Shown here one piece after another: positions 1 to 14,920 of a stretch of DNA of 64,000 bases (position 1 is the first letter of the stretch; each line of letters opens with the position of its first letter). The translations under genes were made by a program, and so were the position numbers. The DNA is from Octopus vulgaris (taxonomy: Eukaryota), in the NCBI GenBank assembly GCA_951406725.2, contig OX597829.1:8432001-8496000 (forward strand), read 5' to 3'. Under the pieces are notes generated by a model that was given only the letters and a program-made list of their open reading frames with translations, did no database searches and was not told the origin of the DNA.

Positions 1-162
1 GTTCAGTCCCACTGCCTGGCAACTTGGGCAAGTGTCTTCTACTATAACCTCGGGCAGGCCAGAACTTTTGAGTCAATTTGGTAGAGTGAAAGTGAAACAA
101 GCCCGTCGTACACATACAGGAATACATACATACATACATACATACATACATACATACATACA

Positions 163-198
<36 letters not shown>

Positions 199-470
199 TA
201 TATACATACATGCATACATACATACATACATACATACATACATACATACATACATACATACATACATACATACACACACATACATAATACGCACACACAC
301 ACACATATATATATGTGTGTGTATGTGTTTGCATGTGTTTTGTCTGTGCTTGTCCCCGCTAGTTTGACAACAGGTGTGGTGTGCTTTCGTCACCGTAACT
401 TTGCAAGCGAAAGAGAACGATAAATTAAATGGCAGGTATAACAAAAAGGACTGTGGTTGATTCATTCCGC
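1..470 (+). mobile_element. tRNA-derived SINE (CORE-like), head cut by the window edge, internal (TACA)n expansion
   Basis: B-box-like gttcagtccc and cttgggcaagtgtctt; colinear with the fuller copy at 36031-36445. Confidence 0.75.
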
Positions 471-744
471 AGTCTAATAAATTGAAAGGAAAGTGAGGGT
501 GAAGAGGTAAGTTCTACCGGTGAATTTGTGAAAAGATGGGGGACTGTAGCAAAAATAGAGTAAATGGCCCTACTATAAGTATGCGCCATAGATTGGAGAG
601 CAACATTTGGGAGAGAGCCATGCCTTTGGCGGTCAGGGTAATATTTGATCTGTGGAGTTCCTTTGATTGGCCCTAGTTGAGTTTCTTCTGTACCAGGAGG
701 GCTGCATCATTCAAATGTTATCACAAACTTTGTACACGGTATTT

Positions 745-1035
745 TACCTGTTTCAGTCAGTAGACTGCAGCCATTCTGGGGTACTACCTTGAAGAACTGT
801 AGCCGAAGGAATTGACCCCAGTATTTTTTAAAGCCTGCTTGTGAAGTAGTGGTGGTGGAGGGACAAACACAAACACACATATGACAGACTTCTTTCAATG
901 TCCGTCCATTAAATCTACTTACAAGGCTGTGATTGACACGAGGCTTTAGTAGAACACGGTCGCCTAAGGCACCATGCAGTGGAACTGAACTTGGAACCAA
1001 TTAGTTAGGAGGCAAGCTTCTTGCCACACAGCCAC
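745..1035 (-). mobile_element. tRNA-derived SINE (same CORE-like family), diverged
   Basis: Reverse strand reads gtggctgtgtggcaagaagcttgcc...ggttccaagttcagttccactg...actgaaacaggtaa, matching the head and tail of 36031-36445. Confidence 0.7.
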
Positions 1036-1351
1036 ATCGCATTTCGCCGTCTTTTCCATTTCCTGTACCTCATCTTTTATGTAAATCTCCCTACAAATTG
1101 TTCACTGTCCCAATGATGTTCTCTGTGGCTAATGAAATCATCATCATCATCATCGTCGTCGTCGTCGCCGCCGTCACCACCATCATCATCATCATCATCA
1201 TAAATATTATCATTATATGAAAAGTCACAGCATATTTTTCTGGGTATAACGGGAAATGCTAGCTGTCTCCAGCCAGCAGACTAAGGTGATACTTGTTTAC
1301 TGGTCATGCTTCAAGAACTCCATTATCATCATCATCATCATTATTATTATT

Positions 1352-1852
1352 GAGTGAGAGAGCAGTTCATGCCATCAAAGTGACACTGTGGTAAAATATA
1401 CGAAGCCCAATATACCCATCATCACTACCCGTCTGATAAGGGTACACCAGGCACATGCATCACAACCATATGTGCGCGACATGGTGATCTCATATCAAGA
1501 TAAACAGCACATGACCTTGCAGGTGGGGCTCAGTTAGAATTTTCTTCAGGTTGAGTAGCCCAACCCGCTCAAAAGGTCCCTGAATAAGGGTTGTTTAAGG
1601 ATGTTGAAAGAACCACCCATGTTTCCAAAGGTGAATTATTAAAACCCAAAAGAATCCCTCTCAACACATGGCTATGACGCTCCCCCACTACTTCTGCTCG
1701 TGATCAGAGATGCACATATCGTCAGCCACTAAGGGACATGCTCAATTGGTTAAGGTCAAACAATTGACAAGCAAATCTGTGGTATTGAGCAGAATATTTG
1801 CTGTAGCCCATCTTTTATACCAAGACAAAACATTGATAAACAGCACATGACC

Positions 1853-1854
<2 letters not shown>
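1352..1854 (-). mobile_element. ~550-bp (TAA)n-targeted non-coding retroposon, copy 1 (5'-truncated and rearranged)
   Basis: High identity by eye to the copies at 29898, 36447, 50522 and 58114; 3' end ctctctcactc followed by (AAT)n on the - strand. Confidence 0.85.
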
Positions 1855-1934
<80 letters not shown>

Positions 1935-1960
1935 CAGTATTATTATTATTATTATAAATA

Positions 1961-2045
<85 letters not shown>

Positions 2046-2047
2046 CA

Positions 2048-2107
<60 letters not shown>
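1855..2107. repeat. (TTA)n microsatellite
   Basis: Direct reading; it forms the tail of the adjacent minus-strand LINE end. Confidence 0.95.
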
Positions 2108-2108
<1 letters not shown>

Positions 2109-2676
2109 TTTTTTCTTCTTTCAAATTTGCTTCCATTTCTTGCCGAGTGTCTTCCCGACTCCTAGGGCAAAGAAACTCATAGTATACATTGGTAGGCCAT
2201 TAAACCAAACTCAATAGTTCATTCATTTAAAAAAAATTTTTTTTTAAGTTAAATTAAATTACATGAGCAGCAACAGTTCTCACATCGATAATGCTCTTCT
2301 CAATACGTGTGATGTACCAGTTAAGACAATCTTTTGCACTTCTTGCAGGGATGGTAAGCCAGGGATCATTCTCACATAATTTTCGGTTCCCTTCTTGATC
2401 ATTCCTAGTGCTCCTACGATCACTGGTATTGTAACCGCCTTGAGATGCCACATTTTCTCAATTTCAATGAGTAGGTCTTTATATTTTCTGAGCTTGTCAA
2501 ACTCTTTCGCTGAGATATTATGATCACAGGGGATGCTCATGTCGATCAATAAGCAAACTTTATTGTTTTGGTCTTTCACAACAATATCTGGTTTATTGGC
2601 CTTGATGGTTCGGTCTGTATGTACTGGAAAGTCCTACAGAATGGTTACATTTTCTCCTTCAGTTACAGCCTCAGGG
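2108..2676 (-). mobile_element. R4/Dong-type RLE LINE 3' fragment (family C)
   Basis: ANKPDIVVKD..CLLIDMSIP..KYKDLLIEIEKMW..IPVIVGALG..GTSHVLRRALSM (RLE C-terminus); 3'UTR nearly identical to 57840-58020. Confidence 0.85.
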
Positions 2677-2689
2677 TATGACTCTTTCG

Positions 2690-2855
2690 CCACAACTTTC
2701 TCTCACTCTTTCCTCCTGCATCTTGCAGCTCACCTGCGGCACACCGGCGTCCCGTCCAGGTGGGGAACTTATATGCCAATGAAACCGAGAAACTGGCTCT
2801 TATGAGCCAGGCATGACTCCTAAAGGAACAAGCAACAACAACAAAAACAAAACCA
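2690..2855 (+). mobile_element. SINE 3' fragment (V-domain-like)
   Basis: cctgcg...ggcgtcccgtccagg resembles a V-type SINE central domain (from memory); hairpin ctggctc-ttat-gagccag; (CAA)n tail. Confidence 0.4.
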
Positions 2856-3149
2856 TATTATGCATGCTTCCCTTCTTTGTTTCATCGTATACTGGGTATA
2901 CTTCCTAAAATGTACCCCGTTTTTCGTCATTTCATTAAATGCAAACCACCACACTTCATCTAATCTTTTGCCCTGTTGGAAAATATAAGAAATCCTTATA
3001 TTACTGTCATATCTGCTACGTCATAGCCTATCCATATCCTATCTTAGGCGTACCATTTTATTTGCTAATTATTATCGTCGTCGTCGTCGACCTCCTCCTC
3101 TTCCTCCTCCTCTCCTCCTCCTCCTCCTCCTCATCAGTATCATCATCAT

Positions 3150-3214
<65 letters not shown>

Positions 3215-3221
3215 CATTATA

Positions 3222-3275
<54 letters not shown>

Positions 3276-3291
3276 GTTGTTGTTGTTGTTG

Positions 3292-3328
<37 letters not shown>

Positions 3329-3335
3329 CATTATA

Positions 3336-3386
<51 letters not shown>

Positions 3387-3490
3387 GTTGTTGTTGTTGT
3401 TGTTGTTGTTATTATTATTATTATTATCATTATTATTATTTTAAGTTCATCATTTTATGATAATAATTTTATGTCATATACTGTATGTGC

Positions 3491-3535
<45 letters not shown>

Positions 3536-4408
3536 TACGTATATATATATACACACATATACACATACTCCCCCCATATATATATATATGCTGTTGCTTA
3601 GTGAGTGGGATTGACTCAGTGCACAGCCTTTCCTCACTTTACAAAAAAAGTCTTCTTGCACAGGCATTGCACGATAACAACATTGATTAAGCTTCGTGCA
3701 ATGGCCATCCTCGATAACGAGGGGGCAGCCACCATATATGTATATATATATTTACATATACATATACGTTTATATGTATGTATGTATGTTGAGTAGAATG
3801 GAAGAATGAACAAGTAAAGAACTGGTGTCAGTTTAAAGCATGGAATTAATATATTTAAGAATAATTTCTGAGTTGTTACAAAAGAGTCGTTAGAATAGAA
3901 TGTATCGTAAGAAATAAAGGAGTTAGAAGGTGTGTAGTAACAATCTCACAGCTGTTTCCAGAATAGTTGTGTATTTCTCAGCGAACGAAAATAAGCAGTC
4001 TATTGAGTAGTAGACTTTTCCTTCTTCAGAGAGAAAAAAATAAAGTAGATCCTTAGTAAAGGATTTTAGTGGTGAATAGCTCGGAGAGAAACTGAGGTAG
4101 ATAATTAGTGGAAGGCTTGTCTTAGTTATAAAGGACAATATAAAGGGAAGATGGGGTCATGAATGCATGAGGGTAAATAGACGTGTATATACCTATTACT
4201 TAACGTCATTCGAAGCAATTTTACTTTAACTCTACATATGTATGTGTGTTCGTTATACATTATGCAGGTGTATGCAGTTATATTTGGACATGAGGGGTCC
4301 TTATATTACGTGTCCATTTATGTGCATTTGAGTACATACACACGCGCACACTCACACACATATACACACATACACAAACGCGCGCGTGCTCATACATACA
4401 TATATATA

Positions 4409-4465
<57 letters not shown>

Positions 4466-4979
4466 ATGTGTGTTTGTTCCTTAAGCTATCTAATAATTGA
4501 TGAATATATAAAAAGCTGGGGGTCACCAGAGTAAAACTGACCTGACTGATGCGCTTTCTTCAGACGCAGTTGACTAAATCTAAAGTGACAATTTAAAACA
4601 AATAATCCTGATTTCTCAGTTTCAGGTTCTTCTGCTGAAACCATGAACGCAATCACATATATGTATGTAATACTCACACACAAATAAAGCTCTTGTATGA
4701 TAAAATGGTACGCACGCCCATTACGCGAGTAAAAGTTTATCCATATGCACATACGTATATGTTCAATATGTTCACATCAACCAATTCAGACCAGTACAAA
4801 TAGAAACGGGTGTCTTGACTTTAGCGAAAGAACCTAGTAATTTTGATAGGTAACGGCCTAAAGTCTGCAAAAAAAACTTAAATGCTAAAGAAGAACATAT
4901 CAACTTTATGTAATATGACCATGTCTGTAACTATCTATGAACGCATGCATATACATATATACATGTTTTTATGTACATA

Positions 4980-5039
<60 letters not shown>

Positions 5040-5053
5040 CATATATACACACT

Positions 5054-5112
<59 letters not shown>

Positions 5113-5231
5113 ATATATGTATATACATGTATACATACATGTATATATGGATATATATATAGTTATATATGCATATATATATGTATATACATATATATAT
5201 GTATACGCATGTATATATATACATACATACA

Positions 5232-5269
<38 letters not shown>

Positions 5270-5589
5270 TGTATGTATGTATGTATGTATATATATATAT
5301 ATATATATATACATACATATATACATGTATATATATATATATATCTGTCTGTCTGTCTGTCTCTCTTTCTCCCTCTCTCTATGTTTATATATATAAATAT
5401 ATATTAATTAATGTAATTCCAACTTAGTCTGATTTTCCCGTTTTATTAGTTGCAATTTTTACAGTCTTTCAATTTTACATTTTACAACGTTGAAATAAAC
5501 TCGTACTCTGATGCGTTACTCAATCATTAGGATTGTGTAGCGACATTCGTGTCCCGCAATTGACAACTGTATACACTCAAACAAACCCG

Positions 5590-5646
<57 letters not shown>

Positions 5647-5765
5647 ACTCACACACATAGGCATAAATATCACCTTTATGAAACTACGACCATTTACGTA
5701 TTTATCTATGACTATAAATGCATTCTTCAATGTCTTTCATTCCAATTCTCCTTTCTATTTTGTAG

Positions 5766-5869
5766 CCGTTCTACAATTATACACAGTAGCAGCGTCTGTC
5801 GTGGCTATCCAAGCCAGAATGACTGGTTATTTCTTGTGCATGAATTATCTTTCACAGTTATATTCAAGT
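5766..5869 (+). CDS. FGF: FGF-family gene, internal coding exon (canonical exon 2)
   Basis: Acceptor tttctattttgtag| and donor |gtaagt. Exactly 104 nt with a phase-1 start and phase-0 end, as in canonical FGF exon 2. Translates (A)VLQLYTVAASVVAIQARMTGYFLCMNYLSQLYSS, matching the FGF core pattern iLei..v..gvVaI.g..tg.YLcMn..g.Ly.s. Confidence 0.9.
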
Positions 5870-5956
5870 GTAAGTACAATTGTTATATTCCCTTAATCCT
5901 TCTTAATCCTTTCTGAAATTGATATCAAGTAATTAACGATACGGTGGTACCTCTGC

Positions 5957-6046
<90 letters not shown>

Positions 6047-6122
6047 TCTCTCTGTGTGTTTGTGTGTGCGTGCGTGCGATTGTGTGTGGCTGTGTTTGTG
6101 TACATAGACACACACACACACA

Positions 6123-6181
<59 letters not shown>

Positions 6182-7009
6182 GCATTTATATATATGCATA
6201 TGCACATGAACTTATAATTTATCATTGTTCCATAAAGTTTACTGATTGTTACAAGTAGAAAGTGTATTGTTTAATTAAAGAGTGGATTATTTGCTTTTAA
6301 TACTGAATTCAGTTTTAAATCACTAGGCCTCGAGAAAAATGAGGAAATAATTGTGTCAATCTTTTATCGAAGACAAAATTTTCGGTCTTGTCACCTAATC
6401 TGGTACACAACAAAAAATTCTTGTTATTGCTTAATCAGAGCAGGATGCATAGCATCCTCGTGCCGCCGTGAATGAAGAGAAAGATTTCCTCCGACCGAAA
6501 ACCACGTCCGAATGCATACAAATAAAAGCACTTTACGAATGTGAATCCAAAGTCAATAGCTGCTTTAAATACTGAGAGAAATTACACCTACATGCATATT
6601 TCGAATTTCATCAAACTTATGACTATAATATATCAACATCTATTTCTGTGTGCACTATACTGTATGCTAATAAAATTTTCTCGTTAAGTATTACGATTTA
6701 GAATTTCATGATCTTCATTAGTAGTGTTTTAGGCATAATAAATATAAGGACTACTTTACTTCGTGACATTTAACAAAGTGTGCTAAGTAGTCATTATTAA
6801 CACAATACAATTTGACAGAAGCTGGGATTATTCCAATGGTTTATAGTATAGTGGAACCTGCGTTCTGAGATTTTTAGAAAAGTGGCTTAACTCTGTCTCT
6901 CGAAAATAGAATGGGCTTTCTAATCATCGTCAAAGAAGTAATTAAAGAAATAATTGGCTAATGTGTGATGTGAGGTCGTTATCATCATATATGGAACAGA
7001 TCATATGAA

Positions 7010-7210
7010 AATGGGTGCCTGGTCTTCGGAACAAGAAAGAGACGAAGTAAAAATCGGTTTCACTTTAGAACTACACACATACTGCGTAAAGTACTCTGTC
7101 TGAGGTCCTTGTTCTGACTTGACAAGCAGTACAAATCCCAACTACACACAGTATCCTCAATCAACAACATCGCAATATTAGATCATGTGGGAATTCTTTA
7201 GCAACATCAA
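7010..7210 (+). mobile_element. Degenerate R4/Dong 3' end
   Basis: actacacacatactgcgtaaagtactct reads TTHILRKVL, the typical terminal motif, followed by a 3'UTR stem ggtc..gact. Confidence 0.5.
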
Positions 7211-7224
7211 CGACGACGACGTTT

Positions 7225-7338
7225 TGGGGGAGAGGATGAGTCGATTACATCGACCCCAGTTTTTTACTGGTAATTATTTTATCGACCCCGAAAGGATGAA
7301 AGGCAAAGTCGACCTCAGCGGAATTTGAACTCAGAACG
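7225..7338 (-). mobile_element. Meta/MESC-like tRNA SINE fragment
   Basis: Reverse complement of gaggtcgactttgcctttcatcctttcggggtcgataaa. Confidence 0.8.
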
Positions 7339-7784
7339 GCAAATATTCTGCTCAGTACTATAAATTTGCTTGACTGTTACTTGACCTTAACCAGTCGTGC
7401 ATGTCCCTTAGTGGCTGACAATATGTGCATCTCTGATCACGAGCAGAAGTAGTGGGGGAGCATCATAGCTATGTGCTGAGAAGAATTCTTTTGGGTTTGA
7501 ATAATTCACCTCTAGAAACATGGGTGTTTCGTTTACTATCTTTAAACAACCCTTATTCAAGGACCTTTTGAGTGGGATGGGCTACTCGATCAGAAGAAAA
7601 TTCTAACTGGGCCCCACCTGCAAGGTCATGTGCTGTTTATTTTGATATGAGATCACCATGTCGCGCACATATGTTTATGATGCATGTGCCTAGTGTACCC
7701 TATCAGATGGGTAATCATGATGAGTATACTGGGCTTTGTATATTTGTACCCCAGTGTTACTCTGATGTAATGCATGGCTCTCTC
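7339..7784 (+). mobile_element. ~550-bp (TAA)n-targeted element, copy 2 (5'-truncated)
   Basis: Colinear with the other copies; ends in an (AAT)n tail. Confidence 0.85.
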
Positions 7785-7799
7785 AATAATAATAATAAC

Positions 7800-9960
7800 A
7801 ATCAACAAGGGACTGCACAATCAGTTCCATGTAGCCATAAGTGAAGTTGCTGGAAAACATAGACGAGACTGGCTGTAAAAGAGCACTGGGAACAAAAGAG
7901 AGACTGAGAAGGCCATACGGGCAGCGCAAGACCAAGCTTTGGCCACAAACTGGAGTGGCAGCTTTAGGAATGTGCAAGTGTCTTTACTGTGCCGCATCTG
8001 TAACAGAGTAGGAATTATTACCCATATCATGAACGAATGCCTTACACTTGCTCAAAACTACAATAATTGTGTCGACACAATTAGATGGCAAAATTGCTAT
8101 ATTGGAAACTATACGAAAAGTGTGGTCTAGGGAGAGGCAAATATGGTATGAGAACAAATCGCAAAGACTGGCTAGTCGAGAACCTGCAAAATTCTGCGGA
8201 ACCTCCCAATCCAAACAGATAAGGTGTCTGAGCATAAGAAGCCGGACCTAGTGGTGGCAGACAAGGTACACCTCATATGCTATATAATTGAAGGAAGGCC
8301 AAAAAATAGGCATGTACGATTTCTCTTATGTACGAAATAGCTCGGCTATGGAAAATAAAGTGAAGATAATGCCAATTATTGTTGGGTCCCTGGGGTACAA
8401 TACCAGAAGTCAACGAGATAGATATAAAGGAAATCGGTATAGAATGCCCAGTAGAGATGTTACAAAAGGTTTGCTTCTTTGACATTGCCAGAGTAATCAG
8501 GAGAGTACTAGATAGTTGAAAAGAAGAGATAGTATGGTACCGTTGGCTGAAGGCAGCAATCCTGTTATGCATGGAATACTCCAGGAGTCCGTATAGCGCA
8601 GATGTAGTTAAAATGAATAATAACCACAACTGCGGTATCGGGATTGGAAATATTAACAGTGAAGATGTCGAGCACGGCAGGCAGGGAGTATCTGAGCAAG
8701 CTCCTGCAGGTTGTCCTCAAGCTGTTGATCAGGACCAAAATCGCAGTCAAAAGTGCAAGAGAAGAGGAAAAATAATGAAGTGAGAAAAGAAGTAAACAAA
8801 ACAGTAACAGAATGCTGGCTGAGAAGAGAGCCAAATAAAAGAGGCTTCATGATTTGAATGAAGAGAACATATGATGAAAAAGGAGGTTTTGAAGCGTCTG
8901 TCCAGCGACTGATAGACCAAGCTAGAGCAATCCGTAAGATAGAAAAGCAAATGAAAAGAAAGAACCAAACTGGAGGAAGAGAATACGAATGAAGCTGGAA
9001 AAGAGACGGAAAGAACTGGGGCAGTTGAATAGGATAATGAGAGCAGATCTCAAGAATAGGGTGGTAATGAGAAAATTGAATGGACAGTACAAGTTAAAAG
9101 AAAGGAAATCAAACGGTACATAAAGAATTGACATAAAAGGTGACAGTATTAAAGGCCAAATTGAATCATATCTTTTCAATTTGGCCTTTAATACTGTCAG
9201 CTAGATGCAAATGTTTCGAACAGAATAGACTATTCCAATCATATAGCATATAGAAGGCGTCTGCTCGAGGAAATAGAGAGAGGCCAACACTAGGAACTGA
9301 TTCCAGATGCGGAAGAAAGTAAATAGTTTTGAAGAAAGCTGTGGAACAGTCCGGCGAGATATAAAGAAAGCGCAAAGTGACAAACAAAGTTGGAAAGACA
9401 ACTTGCAACAGTACCAAGACAAATGAATGTGAGACAGAATTTAAAAAAGATAGTAAATTGGAAAGGACCAGTCCCGGATGGATTACAAGGCTGTTGGCTG
9501 AAGAACTTTACACAGATGCATGAAAGGATCGCTGCGTTACTGGATAACTGCCTACAGCAAGGTCATGTCCTTGCCTGGAGGACAAGTGGAAGAACACTGC
9601 TACGCCACAAGGATCCCTTGAAACGGAACTTCGCATAAAATTTTCCACCTATAACCTGTTTATCACTAATGTGTAAGCTTATGACCGGTGTCTTGGCGAA
9701 AGAGTTATACAACCATCTGGAAAGTAACAATCTACTTCCAGAGGAACAGAAGGGATTCAGGAAACAAAGTAGGGCAACATACGACCACTTAATTGTTGAT
9801 AAATTGATAACTAGAAATTGTAGCGGCACATTGACGGGACTGAATGTAGCAAGTCTTGATTACAAAAAGACATATGACATGGTACGACACATTTGGATAA
9901 GTACAACGATGAGCATGTTTGGAATAGCAACAACAAAAAAACATGGAGAAAATGCTTAAT
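7800..9960 (+). pseudogene. Decayed R4/Dong LINE pieces (C-terminal CCHC/RLE piece followed by an N-terminal/RT piece)
   Basis: CRIC..ITHIMNEC, KPDLVV and IMPIIVGSLG, then NWKGPVPDGLQGCWLK, LLPEEQKGFRK and LDYKKTYDMVRHIW; many stops and frameshifts. Confidence 0.75.
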
Positions 9961-9989
9961 AAAACACTGGAATACCGAATTGATCAGAG

Positions 9990-10287
9990 GAAAACAAAAA
10001 CTCGGAAAGGCAGAGCATGCGAACTGTAAAAGTCGTGCCTGTAATAATTGGTGCGTCGGGGACAGTAAGATAAGATGTAGACAAATGGCTAATGGAGATT
10101 GAAATAGAAAACCCGGTAGGTCTCCTACAAAAAGTTTGTCTCTTAGGGACAGCAAGGATTTCCAGGAGGGTTCTAAGCATTTGAAAGGCTGCCGAAAACA
10201 TATGGATACCTAAAATAACAGTTAGTAACCCGCTACTCACAATGAATAAGGCAAAACCTGAGCTGTTTCAAATTTACAGAAAAGAAA
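9990..10287 (+). mobile_element. R4/Dong 3' end (family D)
   Basis: VKVVPVIIGASG..LGTARISRRVLSI*; 3'UTR near-identical to the inverted copy at 51170-51450; followed by a (TGA)/(TAA)n tail. Confidence 0.8.
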
Positions 10288-10301
10288 TGATGATGATGAT
10301 G

Positions 10302-10374
<73 letters not shown>

Positions 10375-10475
10375 TAATAATAATAATATTTTTAAAAAAG
10401 GATTGACGTAACTCTTCACAAAGGTAAACAGTCAAGACGAAGAGCGCGATTCGATTGTAATAGATATTTTATTTA

Positions 10476-10518
10476 TTGAACGACGTTTCAACAGTATGTC
10501 TGTCTTTGTCAAGTTCAA
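10476..10518 (-). ncRNA. Degenerate minimal type I hammerhead ribozyme (Penelope-associated)
   Basis: Minus strand: ttgaac-TTGACAA-a-gacag acata ctgtt-GAAA-cg-TC-gttcaa. Stems I and II pair; the core differs from CUGANGA at 2 positions. Confidence 0.6.
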
Positions 10519-10659
10519 AATGAGAAGTGATAAAAATTCAGAAATTTAAACGTAAAGTATGAACGAGAGCAAGTAGCGTCCACACTTTGATGGAATGACA
10601 TCATCAGTTTTTAAGTCTTTAACAGGCGAAAAGAAAGAAAAAACAGAAAAAAGAAGACG

Positions 10660-11177
10660 ACCAAGTTCCTATATTCGGGATACCTTTGATTTTGTATCTA
10701 AAATCAATATTTTTCAAGCACCGAGGTCATATTGAGAACTGTTTTTAGTAACCATGGATGTTTCTTCTTTACATCCCAATATTGACCACAATGAAGTGGG
10801 GTAGAAGCATGCATGGATGCCTTCGAAAAGCGGTCAAACAAAAGTATTCCATCAAAATTTCTCTATAGATTATTGAGGTTTGTGTTAGAGAGTAACACAA
10901 TGAAGTTTATTCAAAGATTTTACCACCAGACGAAGGGTTGCGCCATGGGTACCCCCATGGCAGTTAATTTCGTTAATGTCTTCATGACGAAATTCGAGAC
11001 ACAGTTACTGAAGACATTCAAATTCCTTCATGGTCATGAACCAATACTCTGGTTACGGTTCATTGGCGATGTATTTTTTGTCTGGGAAGGATCACAGGAT
11101 AGTTTAATGGACTTCTTGCATTTCTGTGACTGTTATGCTAGAAACTATGGCTTTAAGTCCAACATAAAATTTACGTC
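10660..11177 (+). mobile_element. Penelope-like element RT fragment
   Basis: TMDVSSLHPNID, YHQTKGCAMGTPMAVNFVNVFM and WLRFIGDVF (RYIDD-equivalent, mutated) are PLE RT motifs; truncated by (TTA)n. Confidence 0.85.
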
Positions 11178-13005
<1,828 letters not shown>

Positions 13006-13184
13006 AAGGAAGTTTATTTCACTGGATAATTGCTGTATAGAGCGTATCTTATGTTAGTGGGTTGTTTTGTTTAGATTCTATTATTGGATTGATGTGAGCT
13101 ATTTCTAGTGGGGCTATTTTGGGGGCAGTGCGGAGTGCTTCAGATCCAGGTATAGCATCTGATTTAGTTCATGTCAATGCTTCT

Positions 13185-13217
<33 letters not shown>

Positions 13218-13459
13218 TCGTTATAGTTTGGTTATGCTTTAATTTATACGAGTTGTACCCAAATCTCAACCAGAGGCGTCAAGGTTTTGCACCTGAAAAA
13301 ACTAAGAGGCCTGTTGCCGTGTAATTAAAAACACTGATCTGAGGGAGAAAAAATTGAGTAAAGCGACATTTACAATGGAGAGAAATTTACGTAGAATATG
13401 TAAGATATAATAATATGTAATTCGCTTATTTGGGGGGCGCCATAGATTTGGTTTACATA

Positions 13460-13982
13460 CCGTAAATCCTGGAGTATAATCCACATTTGTTTCCCAAAAT
13501 TTAATGGTCAAAATCCCTAGTGCGTACTATATACGAGGTTAAAAGTGAAAATTATTTTCTAAGCAATGTCCGAGTCTCTATTTGCTGTCCGTCAATGTCT
13601 ATTCAGACGCATTTTGTGATATCGGGCGCAAAAATACCTTAAGCTAAGCCTGAAAGCAATGAAGTTATAAAAGAATCATCCATAACTTGCAGTAAGCAAC
13701 ATTTATTAAAATAAAAGTATTCAGAATACAGAATAACATGTAACAAAAAACAATTTGCAAACATATTTACATTCCCATATAACAGTTAAGAACATCACCA
13801 TTATTGTATTACACATGCGCGGAAGTTTTTGTTCGACTAAGTGCTGCTGGCTTAATTACGCACAACTCAAGTTAGGGAAGTGGTGCGTATTATACACAAG
13901 GTTTAGGTTTTTCAAAGGTACAGCTTCCTAAAAATCCCCTGCGTATTATACTCAAGGGCGAACTATACTCGAGGATTTACGT
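13460..13982. mobile_element. Non-autonomous Tc1/mariner-superfamily (Tc2/pogo-like) MITE
   Basis: TA-flanked imperfect TIRs ccgtaaatcctggagtata / tatactcgaggatttacgt; subterminal repeats tgcgta(c/t)tata...agg near 13521, 13885 and 13940. Confidence 0.8.
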
Positions 13983-14019
13983 TACTTTTTTCTGCTTTCG
14001 ATATCATTCCAAATTACCT

Positions 14020-14320
14020 AGTTATAGGTAATTTTGTTGTTTCGACATGCCACATTCTTCCGATATTAATCTTCATGTCTTATATTTCCTTAGTTTTCCA
14101 AAACGTTTCAGAGACGTGTTTTTGTCGGATGGTGTTGCAGTATCAATCAGAAGATAAGAAGTCTCTTCAATTTGATTTTTCAGAATGAGATCAGGTCTAT
14201 TTTCCTGTATTTCCCGATGAGTTTATACACAGAAATTCGAAATCATTATAACCTCAGCATTCTGGACAACGTGTTGTGGCTTGTGTTTAATCGCATCTTT
14301 TTCAGATATTCCTAGTAACT
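14020..14320 (-). pseudogene. Decayed R4/Dong RLE fragment
   Basis: Minus-strand reading HKPQHVV..THREIQENRPDLILK..LLIDTATPSD. Confidence 0.65.
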
Positions 14321-14920
14321 ACTTCTTTTTCTAGAAATTATCCCTAAATTCTACTTCTTTTTCTCGAAATTGTGTAACGGTCACAGGATGATCAGAGGCA
14401 CTGGAACGCAACCTCTGAATACCTTGCAAAGGCCAATATCTTTTTCCTTGTTTTTGCCACCAGCCACCCTCCCATATTTAGAGTGGGCCCATTAAATGAT
14501 GTTAGTTTTTACACTATCAACTACTTTTCATGGAATGATTTGTTAAATTGGTACAAGAGCATATATTGATGACACCAAACAGTCGACTAATCATCCTTTG
14601 TACTAATTAATCAGACATATTTGAAACGGTTCTGCTCTCTACTATTCTTCCCAGCTATTATCCAAATATTAGTAACAAAAGCAACATTCAGTAGCGATAG
14701 TACCATTAGTAGCAAAAATAGCACGGTTGCAATTGTCTTATTTCCGTAAGAATACTAACATTTCTACTGCCACAATCTATGCAGCATGTTCAATCTATTA
14801 AAAAAATTAATGACTACCACTAATTAGTTTCAGGTGATTTAATAAATTAATAAACGTATTCATCTTATTTCACTCTTATACTGAAATGATTTCTCTTTTT
14901 TCTTTTGTTTTTGATTTCAG

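Noticed and set aside
32-6258. Many 60-180 aa ORFs of YI/HT/CV repeats here and at 15.7-22 kb, and poly-I/N/L/Y/M ORFs elsewhere
   Set aside because: They are stop-free readings of di- and trinucleotide microsatellites; only the FGF exon inside ORF 5678-5896 is supported.
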